DNA from: Bacteroidota bacterium
GTDB taxonomy: Bacteria > Bacteroidota > Bacteroidia > Bacteroidales > PUMT01
Reading direction: 5' to 3'
Assembly (NCBI GenBank): GCA_037446695.1
Contig: JBBIHY010000002.1
Span: forward strand, 193,099 to 257,098
Length of the DNA: 64,000 nucleotides
A program made the position numbers and the translations under genes. The notes beneath the pieces are model-generated. The model worked only from the letters and a program-made list of their open reading frames with translations. It was not told the origin of the DNA and did not search any database. Positions 28,315 through 37,208 of this stretch are shown here, piece by piece (within the stretch, counting starts at the first letter, position 1; each line of letters starts with the position of its first letter).

Positions 28315-30960
28315 TTGCAAAAATTCAGGTTAACATGGCATTTTATCCACAGGTTATTATTCATAACTTGTTTTGGATGGTTCTGGCTTCCGTTAACGGC
28401 GCAGCAACCTGACACAACATTTTTGCAATCCCGAGATACATTGCCTGTCCTTTACGATGCCGACACTATTGCAAAAACCACACCAGGCTCCGGGAACGTA
28501 ATTAAGTCCCCTATCAAATACATGGCCGAAGATTCTCTTAGAATCTCCCTGGGTATAAAAAGAGTGTTTTTATTTAATTCCAGTGATGTGAAATATGATA
28601 ATATTGAATTGCAATCCTTTCATGTTGAACTGGACATAGATAAAAGTGAGATTTTGGCATTCGGGGCCCTTGATTCATTAAATAAACCTCTGGGAAAGCC
28701 TATTTTCACCGATCGCGATGATAGATTTGAAAGCGATACCCTAAGATATAATTTTAAAACCAGGAAAGGCCGTATTATTGGTGTACGCACTGAACAGGAA
28801 GGTGGATACCTGCATGGAAGAATAACGAGGAAGCAGGAAAACGACCATATACATGTTCGGGGTGCTAAATACACTACCTGCGACCATCCCGAACCACATT
28901 TTTATATCGGTATGACGAGGGCAATCGTAATCCCTGGTGAGAAGGTGATTTCGGGGCCTGCACACCTGGTGATCGAAGATATTCCCCTTCCGCTTGTACT
29001 TCCCTTTGGATTTTTTCCAAACAAAAAAGGAAAATCATCAGGAGTCATATTTCCTTCCTACGGAGAAGAGGTTACCAGGGGATTCTTCCTTCAGGAATTG
29101 GGATATTATTTTGCCCTGAGTGATCATTATGATCTGAAAATTACGGGAGACATATATTCACTGGGTTCATGGAGATTAACAGGAGGATCCAATTATACCC
29201 GACGCTACAAATACAATGGCTCCTTCGAGGTTTCATTAGCCACAAACATAATAGGAGAACCCGGCCTGGTGAATTACGAGAAACGTCAGGATTACAGCAT
29301 TCGCTGGAGACATGCACAGGACAGGAAAGCAAATCCCTATTCCACCTTTTCGGGAAACATCGACTTCAAATCGAGCCGGTTCAATAAATTAACCTCTGTT
29401 AATCCTGATATATTTGCGCAAAACACATCGAATTCCAGCGTTTCATTCAACAAAATCTGGCCGGGTTCTCCCTTTACATTAAATGCGAATGCACGGGCAA
29501 CACAGAATTTTTCAACCCGAAAAACCCAACTCAACCTACCCGCCGTATCATTTAACCTTGCGAGGCAGTATCCATTCAGAAAGGCCGGAACAAGCGGAGG
29601 TCAAAAATGGTATGATAACATTGAATTCAGTTATTCCGCCAACCTGGATAACCGCATTAACACCTTTGATTCCCTTCTTTTTACAAAGGAAGCATGGGTA
29701 AAAAGCCAGCATGGTTTTAAGCATGATCTTCCGTTACGCAGCAATTTCAAGTTATTTAATTTTATAAATATTACCCCGGGAGTCAGCTATTCAGGGGTTT
29801 TATATACAAGCAGGATAAAAAAAACATGGGATCCCGCTTATGTCAATCCAGTTACTCTGGAAACAGTTGGCAGGGTGCAAACTGATACTATTTACGGTTT
29901 ACAGTATGCACATTCTCTTAACCCCAACTTTTCAGTTAGTATGGCACCTAATATTTATGGGATGTTTCAGTTCCGCAAATCAAAAATTGAAGCCATAAGA
30001 CATGTGATGACCCCATCGGTAGGTATTAGCTATGTACCCGACATGAAAGGACTATTTCCCGATTATTACAGGGAAGTTCAACGTGATATTACCGGCCGGA
30101 TGGAAACCTATTCCATTTATGCCAACGGAATTTATGGTACGCCCAGTTTCAGGGGAAGAAGCGGAAACATTAGCTTTGGACTGGGAAATAATTTTGAAAT
30201 GAAGGTGAGAACACCCGATGATACGGTAAGTACTTCAAAAAAAGTGAAAATACTCGACAGGTTGAATTTTAGTGCCGGGTACAACATTTTTGCCGAAGAG
30301 TTCAATTGGTCCACCATAAACATGAGCGGGAGCAATACCTTCTTTGACAATCAACTAAGCGTGACCTTTGGGGCAAATTTTGACCCATATGCACTGGATG
30401 AAAACAATCGCAGGGAAAATGTTTTCGAATGGTCTCGAAATAGGCGTCTTGCCAGACTTACCAATGCAAACCTTTCAATCAATACCCGCTTCCAGTCGGC
30501 AGCTGCAAAATCAAGCCCCCCACCAGGAGCTCCTCCCCCGGGTAACGGTAATGAGGGAATTTTTGAGCACATGGACGGAATTCCTGATCCATCCATCTTT
30601 CTTTATGACACTTATGTGGATTTTGATGTGCCATGGAGTATTAATTTGAGTTACAGCCTCAACTATTCAAAACCCGGTTCGCAAAAAAACATTGTTCAAA
30701 CCTTAAGTTTTGGGGGAGATATCAGTCTTACCCCAAAATGGAAGATTACTTACCAATCGGGTTATGACTTTCACAGAAAAGAGTTTACAATGACCAGCAT
30801 AAGCATTAACAGGGACTTGCATTGCTGGGAAGCAAGCGCAAGAATAGTACCCTTTGGAACGCTCAAATCCTACAGCTTTCTAATACGGGTCAGGTCATCT
30901 GTGCTGCAGGACTTAAAATACCAGAAGCAAAAAAGCTGGTACGATAATTTCTACCGTTAA
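28315..30960 (+). CDS. lptD: putative LPS-assembly outer membrane protein (LptD/OstA-like), 881 aa
   Basis: A large beta-rich OMP with a signal peptide. The N-terminal OstA-like region and the position next to the amidase match what I recall from other Bacteroidota. The start is apparently a TTG. Confidence 0.6.
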   Translation: MQKFRLTWHFIHRLLFITCFGWFWLPLTAQQPDTTFLQSRDTLPVLYDADTIAKTTPGSGNVIKSPIKYMAEDSLRISLGIKRVFLFNSSDVKYDNIELQSFHVELDIDKSEILAFGALDSLNKPLGKPIFTDRDDRFESDTLRYNFKTRKGRIIGVRTEQEGGYLHGRITRKQENDHIHVRGAKYTTCDHPEPHFYIGMTRAIVIPGEKVISGPAHLVIEDIPLPLVLPFGFFPNKKGKSSGVIFPSYGEEVTRGFFLQELGYYFALSDHYDLKITGDIYSLGSWRLTGGSNYTRRYKYNGSFEVSLATNIIGEPGLVNYEKRQDYSIRWRHAQDRKANPYSTFSGNIDFKSSRFNKLTSVNPDIFAQNTSNSSVSFNKIWPGSPFTLNANARATQNFSTRKTQLNLPAVSFNLARQYPFRKAGTSGGQKWYDNIEFSYSANLDNRINTFDSLLFTKEAWVKSQHGFKHDLPLRSNFKLFNFINITPGVSYSGVLYTSRIKKTWDPAYVNPVTLETVGRVQTDTIYGLQYAHSLNPNFSVSMAPNIYGMFQFRKSKIEAIRHVMTPSVGISYVPDMKGLFPDYYREVQRDITGRMETYSIYANGIYGTPSFRGRSGNISFGLGNNFEMKVRTPDDTVSTSKKVKILDRLNFSAGYNIFAEEFNWSTINMSGSNTFFDNQLSVTFGANFDPYALDENNRRENVFEWSRNRRLARLTNANLSINTRFQSAAAKSSPPPGAPPPGNGNEGIFEHMDGIPDPSIFLYDTYVDFDVPWSINLSYSLNYSKPGSQKNIVQTLSFGGDISLTPKWKITYQSGYDFHRKEFTMTSISINRDLHCWEASARIVPFGTLKSYSFLIRVRSSVLQDLKYQKQKSWYDNFYR

Positions 30961-30964
30961 CTGA

Positions 30965-31534
30965 TCACTGGTGTTTAACCCAGTTTTCAATCATTTTTAA
31001 TCCAAATTGTGTCATTATGGACTCGGGGTGAAATTGTACCCCCTTAATATCCAATATTTTGTGACGAATACTCATGATTCTTCCTGATTCATCGCGGGAG
31101 GTGATTTTCAAATCCCCTGGAAAATTTTCAGGATCTACTACCCAGGAATGATATCTGCCTGTTATCACTTTTTCCGGTAGTCCGAAAAAAAGATAATCTG
31201 TTTTGTCTGTGATAATTGTTGAATCCGCCTTTCCATGTCTTGGTTCCTTCAGGTTGAGGAGTGTCCCTCCAAACGCTTCGGCTACGGCCTGATGTCCCAG
31301 ACACACCCCCAAAATTGGTTTTGCCCCTGCGAATCTTTTTATTATCTCATGGAGAATTGGAACTTCGGAAGGTAATCCCGGCCCGGGGGATAAAACGATT
31401 TTATTGAAAATCCCAATTTGAGATAAATCAATATCATCTTTTCTCTTAACCACCACACTCCCGCAATACCGCTCAATATAGTGAACAAGGTTGTAAGTAA
31501 ACGAATCGTAGTTGTCTATTACAATAATCTTCAT
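30965..31534 (-). CDS. anthranilate/aminodeoxychorismate synthase component II (class I glutamine amidotransferase)
   Basis: MKIIVIDNYDSFTYNLV, LSPGPG, GVCLGHQ (catalytic Cys) and QFHPES. The ATG at 31534 is preferred over the TTG at 31543. Confidence 0.92.
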   Translation of the reverse strand: MKIIVIDNYDSFTYNLVHYIERYCGSVVVKRKDDIDLSQIGIFNKIVLSPGPGLPSEVPILHEIIKRFAGAKPILGVCLGHQAVAEAFGGTLLNLKEPRHGKADSTIITDKTDYLFFGLPEKVITGRYHSWVVDPENFPGDLKITSRDESGRIMSIRHKILDIKGVQFHPESIMTQFGLKMIENWVKHQ

Positions 31535-31610
31535 GCCAGGCAAGAGTAAGTGTGCAAATTAAACTAATTTTACCTCATAAATTTCATCCACTTAACTTAA
31601 ACGTCTTCCC

Positions 31611-31991
31611 ATGAAAAGAATTATTCACACCCATAAAGCACCGCAGGCTGTTGGTCCCTACAGCCAGGCAGTTGAAATCAATGGCATACTTTACATTTCA
31701 GGTCAGATTCCCGTTGACCCTGCTACGGGTAAGTTTGTTGACGGTGGCATTGCTGAACAAACCGAACAGGTAATGAAGAATATAGGGGCTATACTCGATG
31801 CAGCCGGATATAATTTTGGCCATGTGGTTAAATCTACCTGCTTGTTGGATGACATGAACAACTTTCAGGCTATGAATGCTGTATATGCAAAATATTATCC
31901 TGAGAATCCTCCCGCGAGGGCGGCTTACGGAGTAGTGAGACTTCCTTTGGGTGCAATGATTGAAATTGAGACTATAGCGGTAAAAGCATAA
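31611..31991 (+). CDS. ridA: RidA/YjgF-family reactive-intermediate deaminase
   Basis: APQAVGPYSQAV...SGQIP..., PARAAYGVVRLPLGAMIEIE. 126 aa. Confidence 0.92.
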   Translation: MKRIIHTHKAPQAVGPYSQAVEINGILYISGQIPVDPATGKFVDGGIAEQTEQVMKNIGAILDAAGYNFGHVVKSTCLLDDMNNFQAMNAVYAKYYPENPPARAAYGVVRLPLGAMIEIETIAVKA

Positions 31992-32016
31992 AAAAAGAGG
32001 CCTTGAGGCCTCTTTC
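31991..32016. terminator. bidirectional terminator between ridA and rplI
   Basis: GAGGCC (31997-32002) pairs with GGCCTC (32007-12) across loop TTGA. It is flanked by A6 and TTT. Confidence 0.75.
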
Positions 32017-32018
32017 AA

Positions 32019-32465
32019 TTACTCCGATACGATTTCAAATTCTATATCTACGCTCACTTCCCTGTGAAGTTTAACTTTTGCCGTATAGGAGCCAATTTCC
32101 TTAATGGCATCCTCCTTCAGGAAGATATTTTTACGGTCAATTTTAAAGCCCTTAATTTCCAGTGCCTCGGCAATCTGAATGGTATTGACCGATCCGAAAA
32201 TTTTACCGGTGGAACTTGTTTTAGCACCAATTGTGAGCTTCAGTCCTTCCAGTTTCCTGGCAAATTCCTTCGCCTCTTCCCTGATCTTCTCCTCCTTGTG
32301 AGCACGCTGACGAAGATTTTCCTCGTGCATCTTTTTAGCCGACCCGGTGGCTATAATGGCCAGTCCCTGCGGAACCAGATAATTCCTGGCATAACCGCTT
32401 TTTACATTTACTATGTCGTTTGCATGTCCCAAATTGGGAACGTCTTGCTTCAATATTACTTGCAT
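32019..32465 (-). CDS. rplI: 50S ribosomal protein L9
   Basis: MQVILKQDVPNLGHANDIVNVKSGYARNYLVPQGLA. Confidence 0.97.
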   Translation of the reverse strand: MQVILKQDVPNLGHANDIVNVKSGYARNYLVPQGLAIIATGSAKKMHEENLRQRAHKEEKIREEAKEFARKLEGLKLTIGAKTSSTGKIFGSVNTIQIAEALEIKGFKIDRKNIFLKEDAIKEIGSYTAKVKLHREVSVDIEFEIVSE

Positions 32466-32484
32466 CAGGCTTTCCTCCTTTGGT

Positions 32485-32754
32485 TTATTTTAACATATCG
32501 GTTACATAGGGCAATAAGGCCAGATGGCGCGCTCTCTTAACTGCCTGTGCAACTTTTCTCTGGTATTTGAGCGATGTACCTGTTATTCGGCGCGGGAGTA
32601 TTTTACCCTGCTCATTTAAAAACTTTTTCAGGAACTCGGGGTCTTTGTAATCAATATACCTGATCTTGTTTTTCTTGAAACGGCAGAATTTCTTCTTCTT
32701 TACATCTACTGTAGGCGGGGTAAGATACCTGATTTCTCCTTGATTTTGTGACAT
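32485..32754 (-). CDS. rpsR: 30S ribosomal protein S18
   Basis: KKFCRF...IDYKD...[15 protein letters not shown]...KYQR.VA.AVKRAR.LALLPY. Confidence 0.97.
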   Translation of the reverse strand: MSQNQGEIRYLTPPTVDVKKKKFCRFKKNKIRYIDYKDPEFLKKFLNEQGKILPRRITGTSLKYQRKVAQAVKRARHLALLPYVTDMLK

Positions 32755-32757
32755 GGC

Positions 32758-33108
32758 TTATTCCTCCACTTTTTGAGCTTTAGACAATCCTCTTTTCTTT
32801 TCGGCATACTCCACTGAGTATTTATCCATTTTGAAGGTAAGAAAACGAATGATCCTTTCATCCCTTCTGTATTCGGTTTCCAGTTTTTCAATCAAAGCTG
32901 CAGGAGCCCTGAATTCAAAAAGATGGTAAAACCCGGTGGATTTATTTTTTATGGGGTAAGCCATTTTTCTTAATCCCCAATCTTCCTCATGGACAACTTC
33001 AGCCCCGTTGTCCTTCAGGATTCCCCTGAATTTGTCTACCGCCTCCTTCATCTGGGCTTCAGATAAAACGGGAGTTACAATGAAAGCGGTTTCATACTGG
33101 TTTAACAT
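32758..33108 (-). CDS. rpsF: 30S ribosomal protein S6
   Basis: [13 protein letters not shown]...[11 protein letters not shown]. The order rpsF-rpsR-rplI is conserved. Confidence 0.96.
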   Translation of the reverse strand: MLNQYETAFIVTPVLSEAQMKEAVDKFRGILKDNGAEVVHEEDWGLRKMAYPIKNKSTGFYHLFEFRAPAALIEKLETEYRRDERIIRFLTFKMDKYSVEYAEKKRGLSKAQKVEE

Positions 33109-33356
33109 AAATAATAAATTTTGATTAAAAAATTACAGGCCGCAAATTTAGAACTTTTTACAATACCGGCAAAACTTTTAACATATGTTTTTCTAATATT
33201 ATTCGGAACTGAAACTTGTTCATCTTGTCAAATATCGGTTCCAGGTTATACGGCTAATCCAATATCTTGTCATTCAATGTGGCCATTATTTTTATAAAGC
33301 CAAACAATATGTTAATAACAATCCTTTTGTCATTCGGCATTTTTTTTCATTTTAAT

Positions 33357-33364
33357 TATCTTTG
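33357..33364 (+). promoter_or_regulatory. -7 promoter box (TAnnTTTG) upstream of dnaX
   Basis: TATCTTTG lies 24 nt upstream of the ATG at 33388. Confidence 0.45.
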
Positions 33365-33387
33365 CCTTGCTTTTTAAACCAGGCTGA

Positions 33388-35133
33388 ATGGAGAATTATA
33401 TTGTTTCTGCGCGCAAATACAGGCCCGACACATTTGACACAGTAGTTGGGCAAAACTCCATTACAACCACGCTGAAAAACGCGATTAAAAACAACCAGCT
33501 CGCACACGCTTATTTATTCTGCGGGCCAAGAGGAGTGGGAAAAACCACCTGTGCCAGAATATTTGCAAAAACCATTAACTGCTTCAGGCTTTCTTCTAAT
33601 ACCGAGGCCTGTAACGAATGTGAATCCTGTCTATCGTTCAACCAGTCGCGTTCCTTTAACATACATGAACTCGATGCTGCCTCCAACAATTCAGTGGAAG
33701 ATATCAGGAACCTGATAGACCAGATCAGGATTCCTCCACAGATTGGGAAATACAGTATTTACATAATTGACGAGGTGCACATGCTCTCCTCCTCGGCGTT
33801 TAATGCTTTTCTTAAAACCCTGGAGGAACCGCCAGCGCATGCAATTTTTATTCTCGCCACCACGGAAAAACACAAAATAATTCCAACCATTCTCAGCCGA
33901 TGCCAGATTTTTGACTTCAACAGAATCCAGGTGGAGGATATGGTGTCCTACCTGCAGGCAATTGCTACAAAAGAAAAAGTAACAACTGAACCCGAAGGGT
34001 TAAATGTGATCGCGCAGAAGGCAGATGGAGCAATGAGGGATGCTCTATCTATTTTCGACCAGATTGTCAGTTTTTCGGGAGGGCAGGTGAGTTACAAAAC
34101 GGTAATTGATAACCTGAATGTATTGGATTACGATTATTATTTCAGGCTCACGGATTATTTTCTGGATGGCAATTCCGTTGCTGCCTTGCTCACCTTTAAC
34201 GAAATTCTGGATAAAGGTTTTGATGGACACCATTTTATCAATGGTTTAAGTAAACATTTCAGGGATGTACTCGTTAGCCGTGATCCGGAGACTCTTCAAT
34301 TGCTGGAGGTTGGTGCTGCCATTCGCGACCGCTACCGCGATCAGGCAAAAAAATGTGACCAGAACTTTTTATTAAAAGCACTCGAATTATCCAATCAATG
34401 TGATCTGAATTACCGTTTAAGCCGCAATCAAAGGTTGCATGTTGAACTTACCCTTATTCAACTGGCAAACCTTTCCGGTGAAAAAAAAAAAGCTGATTTA
34501 ACTGCTCCCGCCAGGGATGAACCAAAAAAGGCTTCAGAAAAACCTTCGCAGAAAGATGAGCAACCAGCAATACCGGAAGAACCTCCCGCAAATGAAGTAA
34601 AAAAAAGTAAAGTACCCCTGAAAAACCCGGTTATCAAAAAGACGTCGGGTTCCATTCCATCTGCTTCCCTGAGGGATTTGCTCAAAAAAAACGGCGTAAA
34701 AACTGAATCTGCCGGGGCGGTGGAGCCCGAAGCACAAGAACCGGTTGTTGAAATCACGGAAGATTCCAGTGATGATTTCTCTGAAGAAGATCTTGTAAAT
34801 TACTGGAAAAAATACGCCATCATGGTCAGGGAGGATCAGCCCAGGTTATACAGTACATTGATCTCAAATGAACCACTTGCTGACGAAAACAAATTGATCC
34901 GTTTTCCTGTTACTAATAGACTGCAGCAGGAAGCTATCTCAGAAATCAAACCTGAACTGTTGTCCTTTTTACGTAAGGAATTAAACAATTACAGTTTACA
35001 ACTGGAAATATATATTTCTGGAAAGGAGTCTGAATCGAAACCCTACCACCCGGAAGAAAAATTTATCAGGATGGCAGAAAAAAATCCCACTCTCCATGTT
35101 TTCAAAAACAAACTGGGGCTGGATTATGAGTAA
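33388..35133 (+). CDS. dnaX: DNA polymerase III subunit gamma/tau
   Basis: GPRGVGKTT Walker A, a zinc module (CNECESC), IIDEVHMLS, SRCQ, a Pro/Lys/Glu-rich linker and a C-terminal tau-like domain. Confidence 0.96.
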   Translation: MENYIVSARKYRPDTFDTVVGQNSITTTLKNAIKNNQLAHAYLFCGPRGVGKTTCARIFAKTINCFRLSSNTEACNECESCLSFNQSRSFNIHELDAASNNSVEDIRNLIDQIRIPPQIGKYSIYIIDEVHMLSSSAFNAFLKTLEEPPAHAIFILATTEKHKIIPTILSRCQIFDFNRIQVEDMVSYLQAIATKEKVTTEPEGLNVIAQKADGAMRDALSIFDQIVSFSGGQVSYKTVIDNLNVLDYDYYFRLTDYFLDGNSVAALLTFNEILDKGFDGHHFINGLSKHFRDVLVSRDPETLQLLEVGAAIRDRYRDQAKKCDQNFLLKALELSNQCDLNYRLSRNQRLHVELTLIQLANLSGEKKKADLTAPARDEPKKASEKPSQKDEQPAIPEEPPANEVKKSKVPLKNPVIKKTSGSIPSASLRDLLKKNGVKTESAGAVEPEAQEPVVEITEDSSDDFSEEDLVNYWKKYAIMVREDQPRLYSTLISNEPLADENKLIRFPVTNRLQQEAISEIKPELLSFLRKELNNYSLQLEIYISGKESESKPYHPEEKFIRMAEKNPTLHVFKNKLGLDYE

Positions 35134-35173
35134 GGTGTCAATTAACCAAATACTTTTATATAACTGATTTTTT

Positions 35174-36439
35174 ATGAATGCTTTACAAATTAAGTTTGTT
35201 GGCAAAAAATTACAGGTACCCGATACACCCGTCATCCCCTTTATAGAAGGAGACGGCACCGGACCGGATATATGGGCAGCATCGGTAAGGGTGATGGATG
35301 CTTCGGTAGAAAAGGCTTATAATGGGAAAAGAAAAATCTTCTGGAAAGAAGTGTTGGCCGGTGAAAAGGCTTTTAAAGAAACAGGCAACTGGCTCCCTGA
35401 AGAAACACTGAACACAATAAAGGAATACCTGGTAGCTATCAAGGGACCTCTTACAACCCCTGTTGGTGGTGGATTCCGTTCACTCAATGTCTCACTACGG
35501 CAGGAACTGGATCTTTACACCTGCCTGCGCCCGGTTAAATATTTTAAAGGAGTACCTTCCCCTGTCAAACGACCTGAAGGTACCGATGTGGTAATATTCA
35601 GGGAAAATTCTGAAGACATTTACCTGGGCGTTGAATGGATGACAGGAACACCGGAAAACCAGAAGGTGATTGACTTTCTTCAGAAAGAAATGAAGGTGAA
35701 TAAATTAAGATTTCCCGGTTCCACATCCATAGGTATCAAGCCGATTTCAAAAGAGGGTACGGAGCGTCTGATAAGGGCGGCTGTGAAATACGCTGTGGAA
35801 CATAAAAGGACTTCAGTTACTCTTGTTCACAAAGGGAATATCATGAAATTCACTGAGGGTCAGTTTAAGCAGTGGGGTTATGAACTTGCCGAGCAGGAAT
35901 TTGGAGAAAGGGTATTTACCCGGAATCAGTATGATGAAATTGCCAACAAACATGGTAAGAAGAGCGCCGATAATGCACAGGAGGAGGCCATTAAAAAAGG
36001 AAAAATTATTATAAAGGACGCCATTGCCGATGCTTTCCTTCAGCAGATACTTACAAGGACCAGTGATTTCTCGGTGGTTGCAGCACCAAACCTCAATGGG
36101 GACTACATCTCAGATGCACTGGCAACTATTGTGGGGGGAATTGGAATTGCCCCTGGGGCAAATATAAACTACGAAACCGGCCATGCAGTTTTTGAAGCTA
36201 CACATGGAACCGCTCCGAAATATGCCGGACTTGATATGGTAAATCCGGGTTCCGTAATTCTTTCCGGTGTCATGATGCTGGAATACATGGGATGGAAAGA
36301 AGCTGCAGACATGATTACCAGAGCCCTGGAAAAAACTATTATAAACAAAACAGTAACTTATGATTTTGCCCGTCTCATGGATAATCCCAAAGAGGTAAAA
36401 TGTTCGGAATTTGGTAACGAAATCATAAAGAATCTTTAA
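35174..36439 (+). CDS. icd: NADP-dependent isocitrate dehydrogenase (homodimeric type)
   Basis: [45 protein letters not shown] and [11 protein letters not shown]. Confidence 0.95.
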   Translation: MNALQIKFVGKKLQVPDTPVIPFIEGDGTGPDIWAASVRVMDASVEKAYNGKRKIFWKEVLAGEKAFKETGNWLPEETLNTIKEYLVAIKGPLTTPVGGGFRSLNVSLRQELDLYTCLRPVKYFKGVPSPVKRPEGTDVVIFRENSEDIYLGVEWMTGTPENQKVIDFLQKEMKVNKLRFPGSTSIGIKPISKEGTERLIRAAVKYAVEHKRTSVTLVHKGNIMKFTEGQFKQWGYELAEQEFGERVFTRNQYDEIANKHGKKSADNAQEEAIKKGKIIIKDAIADAFLQQILTRTSDFSVVAAPNLNGDYISDALATIVGGIGIAPGANINYETGHAVFEATHGTAPKYAGLDMVNPGSVILSGVMMLEYMGWKEAADMITRALEKTIINKTVTYDFARLMDNPKEVKCSEFGNEIIKNL

Positions 36440-36482
36440 CAAAGATTAAGTTTTCCGAACAAATTTTGGAGAAAAATTGTTT

Positions 36483-36490
36483 TACTTTTG
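36483..36490 (+). promoter_or_regulatory. -7 promoter box (TAnnTTTG) upstream of the ferritin gene
   Basis: TACTTTTG lies 39 nt upstream of the ATG at 36529. Confidence 0.4.
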
Positions 36491-36528
36491 CATCTAACTA
36501 ATTGAACTAACAAATAAAAAATAGTATT

Positions 36529-37041
36529 ATGGTAAATAAAAAAATTGAAGATATCCTGAATCTCCAGGTAGATAAAGAGGGCTACTCCTCCAATATTTAC
36601 CTTGCCATGGCTTCGTGGGCAGAAACAAAAGGTCTGGAAGGGATTTCGAAGTGGCTTTACGCCCAGTCAGATGAAGAGCGCATGCACATGTTAAAGTTTA
36701 TCGGATACATCAATGAAAGAGGTGGCCATGCGATTGTTCCTGAATTCAAAAAACCCCCTGTTGAATATAAGAATGTTAAAGAAATGTTTGAGGAAGTTCT
36801 CAGACACGAGCAGTACATCAGCGCATCGATTAATGAAATTGTTGCACTTTGTGTGCAGGAAAAAGATTACTCCACTCACAACTGGATTCAGTGGTTTGTT
36901 ACCGAACAGTTAGAAGAAGAAGCCTCGGTAAGGGGAATCATTGACAAGCTCAACCTGATTGGTGATGGCGGGTTGTATCTGTTTGACCGTGATATCATGG
37001 GTATGCGCGGTGAAGAAGCAAATACTGATGGAACAGAATAA
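36529..37041 (+). CDS. ftnA: non-haem ferritin
   Basis: LNLQVDKEGYSSNIYLAMASW...EERMHMLKF...HEQ...: ferroxidase-centre E/ExxH pattern. 170 aa. Confidence 0.9.
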   Translation: MVNKKIEDILNLQVDKEGYSSNIYLAMASWAETKGLEGISKWLYAQSDEERMHMLKFIGYINERGGHAIVPEFKKPPVEYKNVKEMFEEVLRHEQYISASINEIVALCVQEKDYSTHNWIQWFVTEQLEEEASVRGIIDKLNLIGDGGLYLFDRDIMGMRGEEANTDGTE

Positions 37042-37057
37042 ATTCATTGAATTTTAG

Positions 37058-37102
37058 AAACCGTCTTAAAAGTAATTTGCTTCTAAGGCGGTTTTCTTTT
37101 TT
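37058..37102 (+). terminator. Rho-independent terminator after the ferritin gene
   Basis: AAACCGTCTTA (37058-68) pairs with TAAGGCGGTTT (37084-94) with one G.U pair and a 15-nt loop. A T-rich tail TTTTCTTTTTT follows. Confidence 0.7.
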
Positions 37103-37164
37103 AAGAATGCATTGCTGAAAAAGAAATAATCCCCTTTTACTGCCCTTTAAATTTTCAAATTCAG

Positions 37165-37172
37165 TACCTTTG
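37165..37172 (+). promoter_or_regulatory. -7 promoter box (TAnnTTTG) upstream of secA
   Basis: TACCTTTG lies 37 nt upstream of the ATG at 37209. Confidence 0.45.
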
Positions 37173-37208
37173 CAAGGTTTTTAAAATTCTCATAATAATT
37201 TAACCCAA

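Noticed and set aside
28343-28351. A perfect DnaA-box consensus TTATCCACA.
   Set aside because: It is a single isolated copy inside the N-terminal coding region of the lptD-like gene. There is no cluster of boxes and no adjacent AT-rich unwinding element, so it is insufficient to call an origin.
30493-30560. A Pro/Gly-rich low-complexity stretch (AAKSSPPPGAPPPGNGNEG) inside the LptD-like OMP.
   Set aside because: It is most simply a flexible surface loop in a large beta-barrel. It shows no nucleotide-level tandem repeat and no sign of a domain insertion or mobile element.
34590-34700. Additional A8 runs inside the dnaX linker region (for example GTAAAAAAAAGT and CTCAAAAAAAAC).
   Set aside because: They reflect Lys-rich low-complexity coding and lie downstream of the gamma/tau boundary. 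I did not see the flanking dual-frame stops found at the A11 run, so they are not treated as recoding sites.
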